NCBI GenBank assembly: GCA_963823665.1
Contig: CAWGMQ010000011.1
Span: 640,001-704,000, forward strand
DNA: 64,000 bases
Reading direction: 5' to 3'
Source of the DNA: an uncultured Planctomycetota bacterium
GTDB taxonomy: Bacteria; Planctomycetota; Planctomycetia; Isosphaerales; Isosphaeraceae
Below, piece after piece: positions 1 through 11,006 of the stretch (within the stretch, counting starts at the first letter, position 1; every line of letters begins with the position of its first letter). A program made the position numbers and the translations under genes. Under the pieces are notes generated by a model. That model was not told where the DNA came from and made no database searches. It was given only the letters and a program-made list of their open reading frames with translations.

Positions 1-2
1 AA

Positions 3-185
3 ATTGCATTGCGGTACGACACCGATGCCTACCGTACAGTGGTTGCAGTACAGTTAGGGCGGAAGATTTATGTACTGCATGCCTTTCAGAAGAAGTCGAA
101 GAAAGGGATCGCGACGGCCAAGGCGGACGTGGATCTGATCAAGCAGCGTTACACAGAAGCGAGGGAGATGGCGGCGGATGAATAA
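3..185 (+). CDS. RelE/HigB-like (Gp49/DUF891-type) toxin, 5'-truncated by window edge
   Basis: Manual translation: IALRYDTDAYRTVVAVQLGRKIYVLHAFQKKSKKGIATAKADVDLIKQRY...; the 'YVLHAFQKKS' motif is typical; overlaps the start of an HTH antitoxin. Confidence 0.85.
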   Translation: MALRYDTDAYRTVVAVQLGRKIYVLHAFQKKSKKGIATAKADVDLIKQRYTEAREMAADE

Positions 186-522
186 GGCGACGAAGAGGGC
201 GAATGAGCCTACGTTCGAGGAGGGGTCGGGGAATGTCTTTGCGGACATCGGGCTCAGCGACGCGGACGAACTGTTCACGCGGGCCAAGCTGGGGTTTCAT
301 GTTTACCAGGTTCTGACCGCCCGCAAGCTCAAACAGCGGGAGATCGCCGAGCTTCTGGGAATCAAGCAACCCGAGGTGTCGCACTTGCTCAACGGGCATT
401 TCAGCCGCTTCACAACCGACAAGCTACTGCAATTCCTGAGGAGGCTCGACCGGAAGGTGAGCATCCGGATCAGCTCGCGCAAGCCGGGTGAGCCGTATCA
501 GGAAATCGGGTTTAGCGTCTGA
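178..522 (+). CDS. XRE/HTH_37 antitoxin (HigA-like)
   Basis: 'GSGNVFADIG...LKQREIAELLGIKQPEVSHLLNG.FSRFTTDKL' signature; coupled to the upstream toxin. Confidence 0.85.
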   Translation: MNKATKRANEPTFEEGSGNVFADIGLSDADELFTRAKLGFHVYQVLTARKLKQREIAELLGIKQPEVSHLLNGHFSRFTTDKLLQFLRRLDRKVSIRISSRKPGEPYQEIGFSV

Positions 523-548
523 TTCGCGGGCTGTCGGCGGCCGTCGAC

Positions 549-1589
549 TTGGGGGAAACCGGCGTGAGGGGTGCCGGAGTCTGTCGAAGTCGCAGCCGCG
601 GTGTCCTGCGCTTCAGCCTGCGCGCGCTGATCGCACTGATCGCGATCAGCGGTGTTTGGCTAGGGGGTCTTGTGCGGAGCGCCCGCATTCAGGGCGAGGC
701 AGTGGAGGCGATTCGAAGGGCCGGGGGCGTATCCTCATACGACTGGCAATACCGCGGCGGGGTGAAGATCAACCGAGAACCGCCGCTTGTGCCGCGAAAA
801 CTCCTGGAGCTGTTGGGGCCGGACTACTTCGGCCGAGTCAGCAACGTCCAGCTTCATCTAACGGATCCGAGCTTACGGAGGGTGATTGAGCCAGCTCGAA
901 CTCAAACGTCCGGCTATGCTGGCGGCAATGTTGGTGAGGCCGCGATGGCGTACCTCCCCGCGCTACACGATCTCCGCGAGTTGGGAGTAACTCGCTGTGG
1001 TATCACGGACGCAGGTCTTGGGCATCTCAAGGGCCTTCGTCAACTCTACGATCTCAGCTTGGGATACAACCAGCTTACGGACGCCGGTCTCGTGCACTTG
1101 ACTGGGCTGAGCCAGTTATCTTGGCTCTTCCTCGACCATAACAGAATCAGTGACGTGGGCCTGGATCATCTCAAGGAACTCAACAATCTTTCATGGCTAT
1201 CGCTCCGCGGTACGGACGTTACCGATGCTGGAATGTCGCGACTGTGTGCCCTGCGCAAACTTTCAGTTTTGCATCTCGACGGCACTGCCGTTGGCAATGC
1301 CGGCCTCGCGCAGCTCGCCGGATAGGCGACTCTGAGACAGTTGCATCTAACTGGCACTCGAGTTACCGACGCAGGGCTCGCAAACCTGAGCGGTTTCCGC
1401 GGGCTTGCGCTGTTGGAACTTGCCGGCACTCGAATAACGGACGCGGGGCTTGAACACCTGAAAAAGCTGCGAAGTCTGAGGAGGATCTGGGTCCCGAACA
1501 CGCAAGTAACTGTGCGCGGTGCCCTGGAGCTGGAGCAAGCAATGCCCGGCTTGATGGTCGATATGCGACTCAGTATTCAAGGCCTCTGA
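549..1589 (+). CDS. Leucine-rich repeat protein with an in-frame TAG at 1323-1325
   Basis: 24-aa 'ITDAGLxHLxxLxxLxxLxL' repeats; ORFs 549-1325 and 1341-1589 share a frame and the repeat register continues across the TAG. Confidence 0.85.
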
Positions 1590-1836
1590 CGACCGGTCAA
1601 CAGGTTTTCTCTGGCCTGCGAACCGCGCGAAAGATCGAACATGTCGCCATCACCGCCGAATGACCCGTGCGGGAAATCTGCGGACGTCGAGTCCATGTAC
1701 CTGGCCAACGGGTCGAACACGGATTTCGGGTTTACGGGTACGCCAGAGCGGGCGCGGCACTTGACCACATCTGAGGTGACGGAAAACGGCGGGTCCGGAT
1801 CCAGGGCGCCGTGGGAGGCGAGGTGGACCGCGGCAA

Positions 1837-2748
1837 TCAAGCGGAGCGTGCGGCTTGCCACCAGGTCCTCGTCTTGCGTAATCCGGATTTGACAAGTCTT
1901 TTAAACGACCTGTAGGGAAGCAGACGCGTCCTCTGGTCCGCACGGATCTGGCAATCGGCGGGCATGACAGACCAGAGCTCGTCATATGAAGGGCGGCCGA
2001 ATGCGACAATATCGTGATTGTCACCCCAGCCTCGCTCGCGATAGAGGTGGATCCTCACTCCCGGGATTCGCTCGATATCGCGAAGGATTGCGTTCGGCTT
2101 CGCCAGGGAGACACCATAGGATCCGCGCATGTACGAATGCCCGATGCCGACGGGATAATCTCGATAACCGTATCCAAAGCGTTTAAAATCAGCGACGATC
2201 CGCCCCCACGCCAGGTCATCCGTGAACGGGATGATTTCGTGAACGAATTGCGACCACCTGCCATGAAACGTCGCGACCACGATGCCTTGGGGCGTCAGGA
2301 AATTCGCGAGGTGCGCCAGCCAGGAGCGCGTGGTTTTCCGGGAGGTGTGCGTGAATAGCGATCCGACCCAAATGACATCAAAAAGTGTTCCGAGGTCAAC
2401 TTTGGTCAAATCTTCCGTGGAGTGCACCGGAGTTGCACCGAAGGTCTTCGCGCAGAATTCGACGCCGGCTCGATCGAGGTCGCACGCGTGAAACGTCGCA
2501 TCCGGGAACAGGTGCACAAGGTGCCGCAGCACGCGGCCATGACCGCAAGGAAGGTCGAGCACGGTGCGAACCTCTCGGATCCTCGCGGAGACGCAGGCCG
2601 TCGCGATTGCCTCCACCGCGTATTTGCCGACAGGAAGATACCATTCGTCATTCATGGATTCTGTCGGTGACATGGTCAGGTCGATCGTTGCGGATTGATA
2701 GTGCTTGAGCAGCCCGCAGACGTAGTCGAGGTTGGGTTCTACACTCAT
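1837..2748 (-). CDS. Class I SAM-dependent methyltransferase
   Basis: 'VLDLPCGHGR', 'ACDLD', 'FDVIWVGSLFTH' motifs; start uncertain (2748 or 2823). Confidence 0.85.
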   Translation of the reverse strand: MSVEPNLDYVCGLLKHYQSATIDLTMSPTESMNDEWYLPVGKYAVEAIATACVSARIREVRTVLDLPCGHGRVLRHLVHLFPDATFHACDLDRAGVEFCAKTFGATPVHSTEDLTKVDLGTLFDVIWVGSLFTHTSRKTTRSWLAHLANFLTPQGIVVATFHGRWSQFVHEIIPFTDDLAWGRIVADFKRFGYGYRDYPVGIGHSYMRGSYGVSLAKPNAILRDIERIPGVRIHLYRERGWGDNHDIVAFGRPSYDELWSVMPADCQIRADQRTRLLPYRSFKRLVKSGLRKTRTWWQAARSA

Positions 2749-2989
2749 GGAATCATTCCGCGAAAGCGGGCGCACCACCACACCGAGCCGGCACGGACCG
2801 CCGCTGGGTGTTATAGCCGGCATCTTCTCATCGGCAGAGAGGGTGTCATCCGATTAGCGCGACTGGTCATCGTCACGCCTCGTCACGCTCTTGACACGCG
2901 CTAAGAGCGGAAACAGTGGGTGTTTAAGGCAAGAACCGGCCGGATCAACGCCCGCAATGGCATGACTCTCATGGGAATGCTAACAGTGT

Positions 2990-3511
2990 CTATGGCTTGT
3001 CGGTCCTGCGCTCGCCGATGGGTAGATCGCGAATCTCCTGGCCCGCGATGACCCCGAAGCAGCACCTCGCCGACTTCGAGCGGACGTTGATGAGGACGAT
3101 GTCGCCATCACCGCCGAAGGCGTTCCAGTCGATCTTGCCGTCGGCCCCCGGCTGAGGGGGCGGATCGAGGGACATGGTGCCGCCTGTATCGCCGTCGTAG
3201 CCGAGTTTCCTGAAGAGAAACCCGCAGAGCCCCGCGGCCGAGGCGCCCGGATCATCCGGGCGCAGGTGCGGAGCGGCCTCTCGTATCGTATCGAAGGCGC
3301 GCCGGCCACCGCCGACGCGGAGATAGACGGCCGGGCTGTACGACGAGTGATCGTCGTAGTCGTTGCAGCAAATGAAGCGGACCCTGCGGTCCCAATCGTC
3401 CGGATCGCTCTGATTGTCCAGGCCGCCTTTGTCGCGGTTTCGACATCCGATCACGGCGCTTGTTGCCGCGCCGCTTGACAGAAGTAATCGCAGGAAGGGA
3501 CGACGCTTCAC
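2990..3511 (-). CDS. Hypothetical exported protein (possible Tat/lipoprotein signal)
   Basis: N-terminal 'KRRPFL...VIGC'; coding-like composition. Confidence 0.55.
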   Translation of the reverse strand: MKRRPFLRLLLSSGAATSAVIGCRNRDKGGLDNQSDPDDWDRRVRFICCNDYDDHSSYSPAVYLRVGGGRRAFDTIREAAPHLRPDDPGASAAGLCGFLFRKLGYDGDTGGTMSLDPPPQPGADGKIDWNAFGGDGDIVLINVRSKSARCCFGVIAGQEIRDLPIGERRTDKP

Positions 3512-3515
3512 CGGC

Positions 3516-3680
3516 TAGTGCTCTGTCACAGCTAAGAATTCGGGTTGGGTAATAGTCGAAAATAGCGGACGATGCGGGGGACAAGGAGGTCGCCCATGGA
3601 TAAGGAGTATATCGTCCTCCTGGCGGATCAGGAACGAGCTGAGTTGGCGGTGGTGATCAAGAAGTTCAAAGTGTCGCGGT
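3516..3680 (+). mobile_element. IS630-family remnant (left end plus transposase N-terminus)
   Basis: Starts TAGTGCTCTGTCA (TA target, IS630-like end); RBS AAGGAGG then MDKEYIVLLADQERAELAVVIKK, resembling IS630 'KYIVRLTxEER' starts; rest missing. Confidence 0.6.
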
Positions 3681-3803
3681 CGGAGTCGATGCGGTGGGCT
3701 GGTAAAGTCGAGCCGGCCTGGAAACTTCTCGCATCGGACCCGGCCCACCGCAAACTAAGCAAACGGTGATTCATAGCCACATTTTACGGTCACCCCAGGG
3801 ACC

Positions 3804-4361
3804 ATGGCCATGAGACTCCCGCGCGTGAGTTTTACGGTGCGGAGCATGATGATCGCGGTGGCGGTCTTAGCAGCGGCCTTCGCAGCCTTTGCAGCATGGA
3901 TGCGGGTCGGTCAGGACGAGTGGCGCCAGCATCTGAATACCGAGATGAAGTGGAGCCGGTCTCCTGTGGGCGAGTTCTTCAGGAAGCATGGCTTTGAGAA
4001 ATTCCGGGCGAACAGCCTTCTGAAGGTCTCGGCACCGGGCGCCCCCGACCGGCGAGGGTACTACTCTCGACGCCGGTCTTGTCTCGGCCAAGGGGGCGAG
4101 TTGTACAGCGACAGCCGTGGCCGCTCATATTACGGCACAGGTTTCGCTGGAGGGCAGCACTGGTTGACCGCGGCGGAGCTGGCCCAGGTCGGACAGATTA
4201 TCTCGAAGCTCCCTCCGCCTAACGGGTCCTATCCGCAGGGCGACCTGCTACTGGTGAGCTGCCTCAGCCAGGGTTCTTGGGTCACGAAGGCCTATGACAT
4301 CGCAGCACTTCCTCCTGCGGTTAAGGAGTTAGTAAGGGTTCTTCAGCTTAGGCTTCGGTGA
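3804..4361 (+). CDS. Hypothetical membrane-anchored protein
   Basis: Planctomycete-type N-terminus 'MRLPRVSFTVRSMMIAVAVLA'. Confidence 0.65.
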   Translation: MAMRLPRVSFTVRSMMIAVAVLAAAFAAFAAWMRVGQDEWRQHLNTEMKWSRSPVGEFFRKHGFEKFRANSLLKVSAPGAPDRRGYYSRRRSCLGQGGELYSDSRGRSYYGTGFAGGQHWLTAAELAQVGQIISKLPPPNGSYPQGDLLLVSCLSQGSWVTKAYDIAALPPAVKELVRVLQLRLR

Positions 4362-4431
4362 CCCATGAGAACTGGCCGATTCTATTCGGCGGAAAGGATG
4401 CTCGTGCGGTGGTCGCCTCCACTGCGCCAAC

Positions 4432-4575
4432 GAGCTCCTTGGCCGACTGCGCCCGATGGGGCGGACGGGCACTATTCGAGATGTCGCGGAACAGGTAGTC
4501 TACCTGGAGTCAGCCGCCTTTCTGACCGGCGACATCCTCAACGTTGATGGCGGCGCGCCTGGCGGCCACTGGTGA
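4432..4575 (+). pseudogene. C-terminal fragment of a short-chain dehydrogenase (SDR)
   Basis: Manual translation ...LRPMGRTGTIRDVAEQVVYLESAAFLTGDILNVDGGAPGGHW*; no N-terminal part. Confidence 0.7.
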
Positions 4576-4829
4576 AACATTCAATGTGAACTTGTCCGAT
4601 CAAATAGCATGGAGTCTTTCGATGAAATACTCCTTGGAGGCCGATGGCTTTCGGCGGCACGAGTCCTGCGCCTGGTCCAGATCGAGAGCGATGGCGTAGT
4701 GCGACTTCATGCCGAACTTCTCGATTGACGATCCGGTCTGACGTCGGCCCTGAGTTTTTCTGCCGGCGACTTCAATTACTTCGACAGGCAACTGTCCGTG
4801 AACAGACTCTCCAGCTTCCGGAGGACTTC

Positions 4830-6365
4830 ATGAGCACGATTGCTGCCCCTGATCGGTCGCCTGCAACATCCTCGCGTTCAGCTTCCGCGCTGAACCTGAT
4901 CGGCGGAACCTGGGTCGAGGGCCGTGGGAACACGAGCCGCGACATTTACAATCCTTCGGATACGGCCGAGATGCTGGCGCCGGTGCGCGAGGCCGCGCCG
5001 GAGCAGGTGGATGAGGCATGCGCTGCGGCCGCCGAAGCCTTTCCTGGCTGGCGCGCCACTCCGGCGCCGGATCGGGCCCACATCCTGTTCAATTTCCGGG
5101 ACCTGCTGGAAAAGAACTTCTCAGACGTGGCGCACAGCATCGTCCGCGAAAACGGCAAGTTGTTGAGCGAGGCGCGCGGCTCGCTGCGGCGCGGGCTTGA
5201 CGTCGTCGATTTTGCCTGCGGCATTCCCTCTCAACTGATGGGACAGACTCTGACCGACATTTCGCGGGATGTCGATTGCCATACCATCCGCGAACCTATG
5301 GGTGTGGTGGTCGGCATTCCGCCGTTCAATTTCCCGGCCTTGATTCCGCTGTGGATGATGTCAGTCGCCGTCGCCTGCGGGAACACGTTCCTCTTGAAGC
5401 CTGCCGAGAAGGCACCGCTCACCGGCACCCGACTCGTGGAGCTGTTCGCTCTTGCCGGCTTGCCGCCGGGTGTCGTCGGCGTGGTGCAGGGGAGCAAGGA
5501 AGTAAGCGAACGGCTCATCAGCAACCCGCATGTCCAGGCAGTTTCCTTCGTCGGCACGTCTGCCGTGGCGGAGTCGGTCTACCGCACCGCGGCGGCTCAC
5601 GGCAAGCGTGTTCAGGCGCACGGCGGAGCGAAGAACCATCTGCTCGTCCTGCCCGATGCCGACCTGGAGCGCATCCTGCCCGACCTGATTGGCTCGTGCT
5701 TCGGCTCCGCGGGGCAGCGCTGTCTTGCCGTGAGCGTGCTGGTGGCGGTCGGCGATCGAGTGCGACAGGACGCCGTCGTCGATGCCTTCATCCGCTCGGC
5801 GGGTGAACTCAAGCCGGGAGACGGCCTGGACGACACCGCGACGCTCTGTCCCGTGGTGAACCCAGATCAGGAAAAGCGGATCCGGGCTGCGATCGAGCGC
5901 GGGGTGGCGGAAGGAGCCCGGCTTCGCCTCGACGGGCGTTCCCTGACCGTAGCCCACCGGCCGCGGGGTTGCTTCATCGGGCCGACGGTCTTTGACGAAG
6001 TGACACCGGAGATGTTCGTCGGCCGGGAGGAGATTTTTGGCCCGGTGGTGAGCCTGATGCGCGCCCCGGACCTGGACGCGGCGATCACGTTGGCAAACCG
6101 CAGCCGATACGGCAACACGGCCTCCCTTTTCACGCAATCCGCGGCAGCGGCCCGCACCTTCCGCGAACGCATCCAGGCCGGGATGCTCGGCATCAATGTC
6201 GGCGTGCCGGCGCCGATGGGGTTCTTTCCATTCGGCGGCTGGAAGAGTTCGATTTACGGTGATCTCAATGCGCAGGGTGCTGCCGCCGTTGCTTTCTACA
6301 CGCGAGAGAAAGTAATCACGGAACGCTGGTTCGGCGCCGAGGCGCCGAAGGATGGATGGGTTTGA
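4830..6365 (+). CDS. mmsA: CoA-acylating methylmalonate-semialdehyde dehydrogenase
   Basis: 'PFNFPALIPLWM', 'GGAKNH', 'GSAGQRCLA', 'EEIFGPV', 'GINVGVPAP'; GGAGG RBS before ATG 4830. Confidence 0.9.
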   Translation: MSTIAAPDRSPATSSRSASALNLIGGTWVEGRGNTSRDIYNPSDTAEMLAPVREAAPEQVDEACAAAAEAFPGWRATPAPDRAHILFNFRDLLEKNFSDVAHSIVRENGKLLSEARGSLRRGLDVVDFACGIPSQLMGQTLTDISRDVDCHTIREPMGVVVGIPPFNFPALIPLWMMSVAVACGNTFLLKPAEKAPLTGTRLVELFALAGLPPGVVGVVQGSKEVSERLISNPHVQAVSFVGTSAVAESVYRTAAAHGKRVQAHGGAKNHLLVLPDADLERILPDLIGSCFGSAGQRCLAVSVLVAVGDRVRQDAVVDAFIRSAGELKPGDGLDDTATLCPVVNPDQEKRIRAAIERGVAEGARLRLDGRSLTVAHRPRGCFIGPTVFDEVTPEMFVGREEIFGPVVSLMRAPDLDAAITLANRSRYGNTASLFTQSAAAARTFRERIQAGMLGINVGVPAPMGFFPFGGWKSSIYGDLNAQGAAAVAFYTREKVITERWFGAEAPKDGWV

Positions 6366-6408
6366 TCGAACAGGCAAGCCGGGAACGTCGGAGACCGCAG
6401 CGACTCAC

Positions 6409-7125
6409 TCATGCCTTCTTCCCTTGCTCCACACCCGCCTTCGCTACCATGTGGCTCGTGGCGTCCTGGCGTTCCCACATGCGAAAGCCGCCCAGGAACG
6501 CATTGGCGTTGTCGCCTGCGCGGCAGCCCGGCGGCAGCGTTTTGAGTTCCTTCACGCCGCCTCCGCCAAGCACGATATCGTCCGGGTGCAGGGCGGCAGT
6601 CAGACGGTCCACGATCGCGGCGACATGGCGTTTCCACTTCTTCTTGCCCAGCCGCTTGAGCCCTCGGGCTCCCACGTAGTCTTCGAGGGTCGCGTGTTTG
6701 TAGGCGAGATGGGCCAGTTCCATCGGCCACACGACTCCGTCCGCGACGAGAGCGGACCCCAGCCCCGTTCCCAAGCCAAGAAAGAGCATCAGTCCACTCT
6801 GGTAACTGCCCAGCGCTTGCATGGCGGCGTCGTTCAGGACTTTCACCGGGCAACCAAAAGCCGCCTGGAAGTCAAACCCAACCCAGCGGGGAGCGAGATT
6901 ATATGGCTCCAAGGCAATCTGGCCGTGGCGAACCAGCCCTGGGTAACCGATCGAGACCACGTCATACTTCCAACCCGCGGCAAGATCCTTGACTCCCCTG
7001 ACCATCTCTTCGGGCGTCATCGCCGATCCGGATGGGAACCGACGACGCTCATCCTGCCCACTGGCAAGGATCTTGACGCCACTTCCACCGATATCGACTA
7101 CCAATATGTTCGTATGTTGTCTCAT
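6409..7125 (-). CDS. ROK-family / polyphosphate glucokinase
   Basis: 'VVDIGGSGVK', 'NDAAMQALG', 'LGLGTGLGSA', 'ELAHL'. Confidence 0.85.
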   Translation of the reverse strand: MRQHTNILVVDIGGSGVKILASGQDERRRFPSGSAMTPEEMVRGVKDLAAGWKYDVVSIGYPGLVRHGQIALEPYNLAPRWVGFDFQAAFGCPVKVLNDAAMQALGSYQSGLMLFLGLGTGLGSALVADGVVWPMELAHLAYKHATLEDYVGARGLKRLGKKKWKRHVAAIVDRLTAALHPDDIVLGGGGVKELKTLPPGCRAGDNANAFLGGFRMWERQDATSHMVAKAGVEQGKKA

Positions 7126-7479
7126 GAGAAATTCTCGCAATCGCCGAATTCGAGGGATCTCCGACATCAGGTGTTGCCAGAGTCAGACTGCCTCAGCCCG
7201 CGGCGACAAACACGACGATGACGGCAGTCATGCGATGGAGTTCCCGCGGGTCGGGCACAACACGCGGAAACGCGGTCTCCGAGTTCAGGGTTTTCAAGCC
7301 GGGCCGCAACCCGCATTGGTGGGATTATCGCACAGCCGAGTACAACACGCCTCCCGGCTGTGGCCGGCGAATCGGGCCTCTCACCCGGTGACTGGGGCGC
7401 TTACCCCGGAAAAATGGAACACTCTGGTATGCGGCTCCGTTATTATCAATAGGAGCACCGATCAAGGGGAGCCAGAATC

Positions 7480-9717
7480 GTGCCACCGAACCGGACCGGG
7501 GCCGTCCCGCGCGGCTTGCAGACGCTCTTCCACGCCGGCTCGCTCGTCGGGGTCACCGACGGGCAGTTGCTGGAGCGGTTCGCCGCGCGCGACGGCGAGG
7601 CGTCCGAGTCGGCATTCGCCGCCCTGGTCGAGCGGCACGCGGCCCTGGGGGGATCGTCAGGCTGCCGGAGGGACTGCTCGCGTCCACGGTCCGCGGCTCG
7701 GTGCTGTTCGCGACGGATCCGATCCACGAGGCGGGCGTCGTCTCGGCGTCGGCCGTCGCGCTCGCGGAAGGAGTACGGAAGACGATGATCCGTGTCAGGC
7801 TGCACGCGGCGTTCCTGGCGGCGCTGGCCGTCACCGGCCTGCTGGCTCCGGCGTGGCTCGCCGTCGCCCGCCAGGCCCCCGACGACCGCGCCAGGATCAA
7901 GGCCCCGCCGGCCGGGAAGGCGGCCGGCCCCTCCGCCGTCGACATCGGGGGGAACTGGATCGTGCGGGGAGGGGAGCGACTGGCCGTGATCCGCATCGAG
8001 GGCCCGCCCGGGCAACGGCGGGCTCGGCTCCTTTCCGTGGGGAATCCCGATCGCATCGACTTCGCCCGGTCCAAGCTCGATCACGTCCGCATCGACGAGA
8101 CGACCGTCCGCTTCACGCTCCAGCTCTTCCGGGTCTTGTCGCCGCCGGATATCTTTCCCATCGAGATCGTGGCCCACCGTTTCGGCGACGAGGCCCGGCC
8201 GACAACGCTCCGGGGCGGCTGGATCCGCGATCGCGGTCGTGACAGGAGGTTAGACCTGGTGACGCCCGTGACGCTCGAACGCACCGATCGCGCGGAACTC
8301 GACCCCAAGGAAGCCGACCCGCTCACGCCGGGCCGGGAGGAGTATCGGCGGGTCGTCCGGTCGAACGACCTCGCCGCGCTGAGGGAGGGCCTTGAGGGGA
8401 TCCTCGCGAAGTACCGCGACGATACGCCCGTGGCGTGGTCGGCCGCCCACTCCCTGGTCATGATCCGGGCGGAGGCCGGGGCCCCGAACGAGGAGCTGCG
8501 CGGCCTGATCGATCGGGCCGCCCGCGTCGTCTCGCGTCATGGCCGCGAGATGGAGATCGGCACGATCGGCACGATCGTCGACAACCTCACCGGGGCGGAG
8601 GGGCGGGACGACCTGGCCGTGGAGTACGCCCGCAGGGCCGTCGCGATGCTCCGCCCGGAGGACTCGGCGGGCCTCCAGATCCCGACGATCCAGTGCCTGG
8701 TCAACGCCCTGCGCAAGTCCCGCACGATCGACGAGGCGAAGGCCGCGGCGGAAGTCCAGGCCCTGGAGGACCGCATCGCGAGGCTCGGCGGTCAGGCCGG
8801 TCGCGGCCCCGCCCCGGCCGGCCGCACCGGGGCCGGGGCCGTCCCGTGGGCGTGGAGCTTCGCGGCCGCAAACGAGAAGGCCAGGGCCGATGGGAAGCTC
8901 GTCATGGTCGTGTTCTACACCGAGAATTCCCGCTGGGAGCGGCTCGATGCGGAGGTCTTCCCCAGGCCGGACGTCGTCGAGGCGATCCGCCCCTTCGTCC
9001 CGGTGAAGGTCGATGCCGAGGATGGCGAAGGCCGTCCGCTGGCCGAAAAGTACAAGGCGCACGTCGGGGCGATCTATCCGATGATCCTGTTCCTCGACCC
9101 GGCGAACCGGGAGGCCGAGGGCAGTGGCGTCGTCGCCAGGATCCCCGGCATGATCCCGGCGGGGACGTTCGTCGAGGGCTTGCGGACGATCGCCCGCCTG
9201 CCGAGGGACATCGGCTCGCTCGTCCGGAAGGCCCATCCCGACGACGGCGACGCGATGAGGCAACTGGCGACCGCGCTGGCGATGCGCGGGCGCATCAAGG
9301 ATGCCGCCGCGCTGATCGATCGCGCCTGGGGGCCCGACGCGGACCCGGGCTTCGATCGCTGGGCCGCGGTCTACAACGCGATCGGCATCGAGCTCATGAT
9401 GCGACTGAGATGGCGCGAGGCCGCCGAGTGGTTCCACAAGGCGGCCGACGTGGCGAAGCGGCCGATCGACGTCTACAATGCCCATCTGGGCGCCGGCTTC
9501 GCCGCGATGCTCCAGCAGAAGGGCGACCGAGGCCGCCAGGGAGCTGGAAGCGGCCGCGCGGGTGGGTGACGGCGTCTCGGACGGGGAACGCGACTTCGCC
9601 AGGGAATGGCTGGGCAACTTGGCCAGGGGGCCCGGCGGCTCGCCGGAGGCGGTCGCCGCGCTGAAGCGGTTGGACGCGGAACGCCCGAGAAAGGCGGCTG
9701 AGACACCGACCCGGTGA
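7480..9717 (+). pseudogene. Derivative of an ECF sigma-TM-thioredoxin/TPR protein lacking the sigma2/sigma4 core; frame breaks near 7650 and 9530
   Basis: N-terminus 'LFHAGSLVGVTDGQLLERF...AFAALVERH' as in the ECF at 14500, joined directly to the post-sigma linker 'SASAVALAEGV'; TM helix; thioredoxin-like domain without CxxC; TPR-like helices. Confidence 0.7.
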
Positions 9718-9810
9718 TGCGGTCTACGCATACGATGCAACGAAAGCGCTCGCCGCTCGGTGCTCAGCTAATCGGTAGATTACTCCGACGACTGGAAAGG
9801 ACTGACGACA

Positions 9811-10263
9811 ATGGTGGACCCGGAGAGAGAAGGCCCCGGCGACGCCGACCTCGTCTTCGCCGCGCACAACAACCACACCCCGAGCTGTGGCCGGCCGCCC
9901 GGTCTCCGCAGCACGGCCGACCCTGGTCTGTACCACGGCTATTTCGAGAACTGTTACGGTGAGCAGTTCGTCTTCACGTTCGACCGAGCGAAGGGGGCCG
10001 GTATGGTCTTGGGCGGCGACCTCGGATGGGATGAGCCCAAGTCGTTCACTCTCGATCTGGTTGACGAGGCCCTACGCAGTACCCAGAGGCTCGCTGCCCA
10101 AATCGAGGAGCCCGAGGCGGCGAGACTGCCGATTATCGACGCCGCGCTGGCGCTGGGCGCCTCACCGGGGTAACGGGGAAGGACGAGGTGATCTGGCTGA
10201 GGGCGTGCCTGGCCGCTTGCATGCCGGTCGCGGCTGCACCGGAGGGCCGCCTGAGCGAGTGAG
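9811..10263 (+). CDS. Hypothetical protein (frameshift near 10160)
   Basis: 'HNNH..CG.PP...YHGYFEN.YGEQFVF.FD' coding-like; continues in another frame as 'GKDEVIWLRAC'. Confidence 0.6.
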
Positions 10264-10541
10264 GAGAGCGGAGGGGAGCGGCATCCGAGTGGTCAGACGT
10301 TCGAGCGAAGGCTGGCTCGCGGTGTCGGATTCTCATGTCGATCATTTTCGAGGCGACGACGGTGGGCTGACCCCGCACCCGGCCGTTGGCCGACCGCTCC
10401 CAGAGTACGCGTTTAGCGATCCCTCCCTTTCTAACCCTACGCGAGAGGCGAGAGCGTCTGCTGTCCTTACTATGACGATGCCGACACCGAACGACCGGTT
10501 GGGTGGTACTTCGTCGCCAACACGATAGACTGAAGGGGCCA

Positions 10542-10601
10542 GCGTAGCGAGGCGATCGGGCGGACCTGCCGCGTGTCGGCCGCTGATCTTGGGCGTCAGG
10601 G
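10542..10601 (+). other. Degenerate attC-like site 1
   Basis: GAGGC-GATCGGGCGGACC...GGCCGCTGATC-TTGGGC-GTCAGGG; L boxes are inverted, R boxes are decayed; homologous to site 2. Confidence 0.45.
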
Positions 10602-10617
10602 GGCGGGGGCAAATTCA

Positions 10618-10890
10618 GTGAGTCTCGAATCACGACCCCGATCCGGTGACCACCTCCGTTTCTTTCTGGTCATCGGCCTCGCGGTCGGCGCCGGGATGGT
10701 GGCCTGCCGAGGGGCCGAGAAGCTCGTAGGTCCGCGCCTCGGGGAGTGGGGTTCGTTCGGCGTCGGCCTCTTGGCGGGTGTGGTGGTCGCCGCGGTGGTC
10801 GGGCTACCGGGCGGCTCGCGGCGGTTCGGTCGACGGATTGGGCTTGTGGGCGCGGCAGTTCGCCGTACGCGTGCTATGGGACTGCAATGA
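10618..10890 (+). CDS. Small membrane protein, cassette copy 1 (3' end diverged)
   Basis: Clear nucleotide paralog of 12352-12582 up to about 10805; two hydrophobic Gly-rich helices. Confidence 0.5.
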   Translation: MSLESRPRSGDHLRFFLVIGLAVGAGMVACRGAEKLVGPRLGEWGSFGVGLLAGVVVAAVVGLPGGSRRFGRRIGLVGAAVRRTRAMGLQ

Positions 10891-11006
10891 AAAACGAACA
10901 TGCGGCTCAAGACGGACGTATAGCCAGGTGGACGACAAGAAAGTGGACATCGGGATAGGCGTCATGTAAATTGTACTTGTGACGCACTACGTCGCAGAGC
11001 CCTGAC

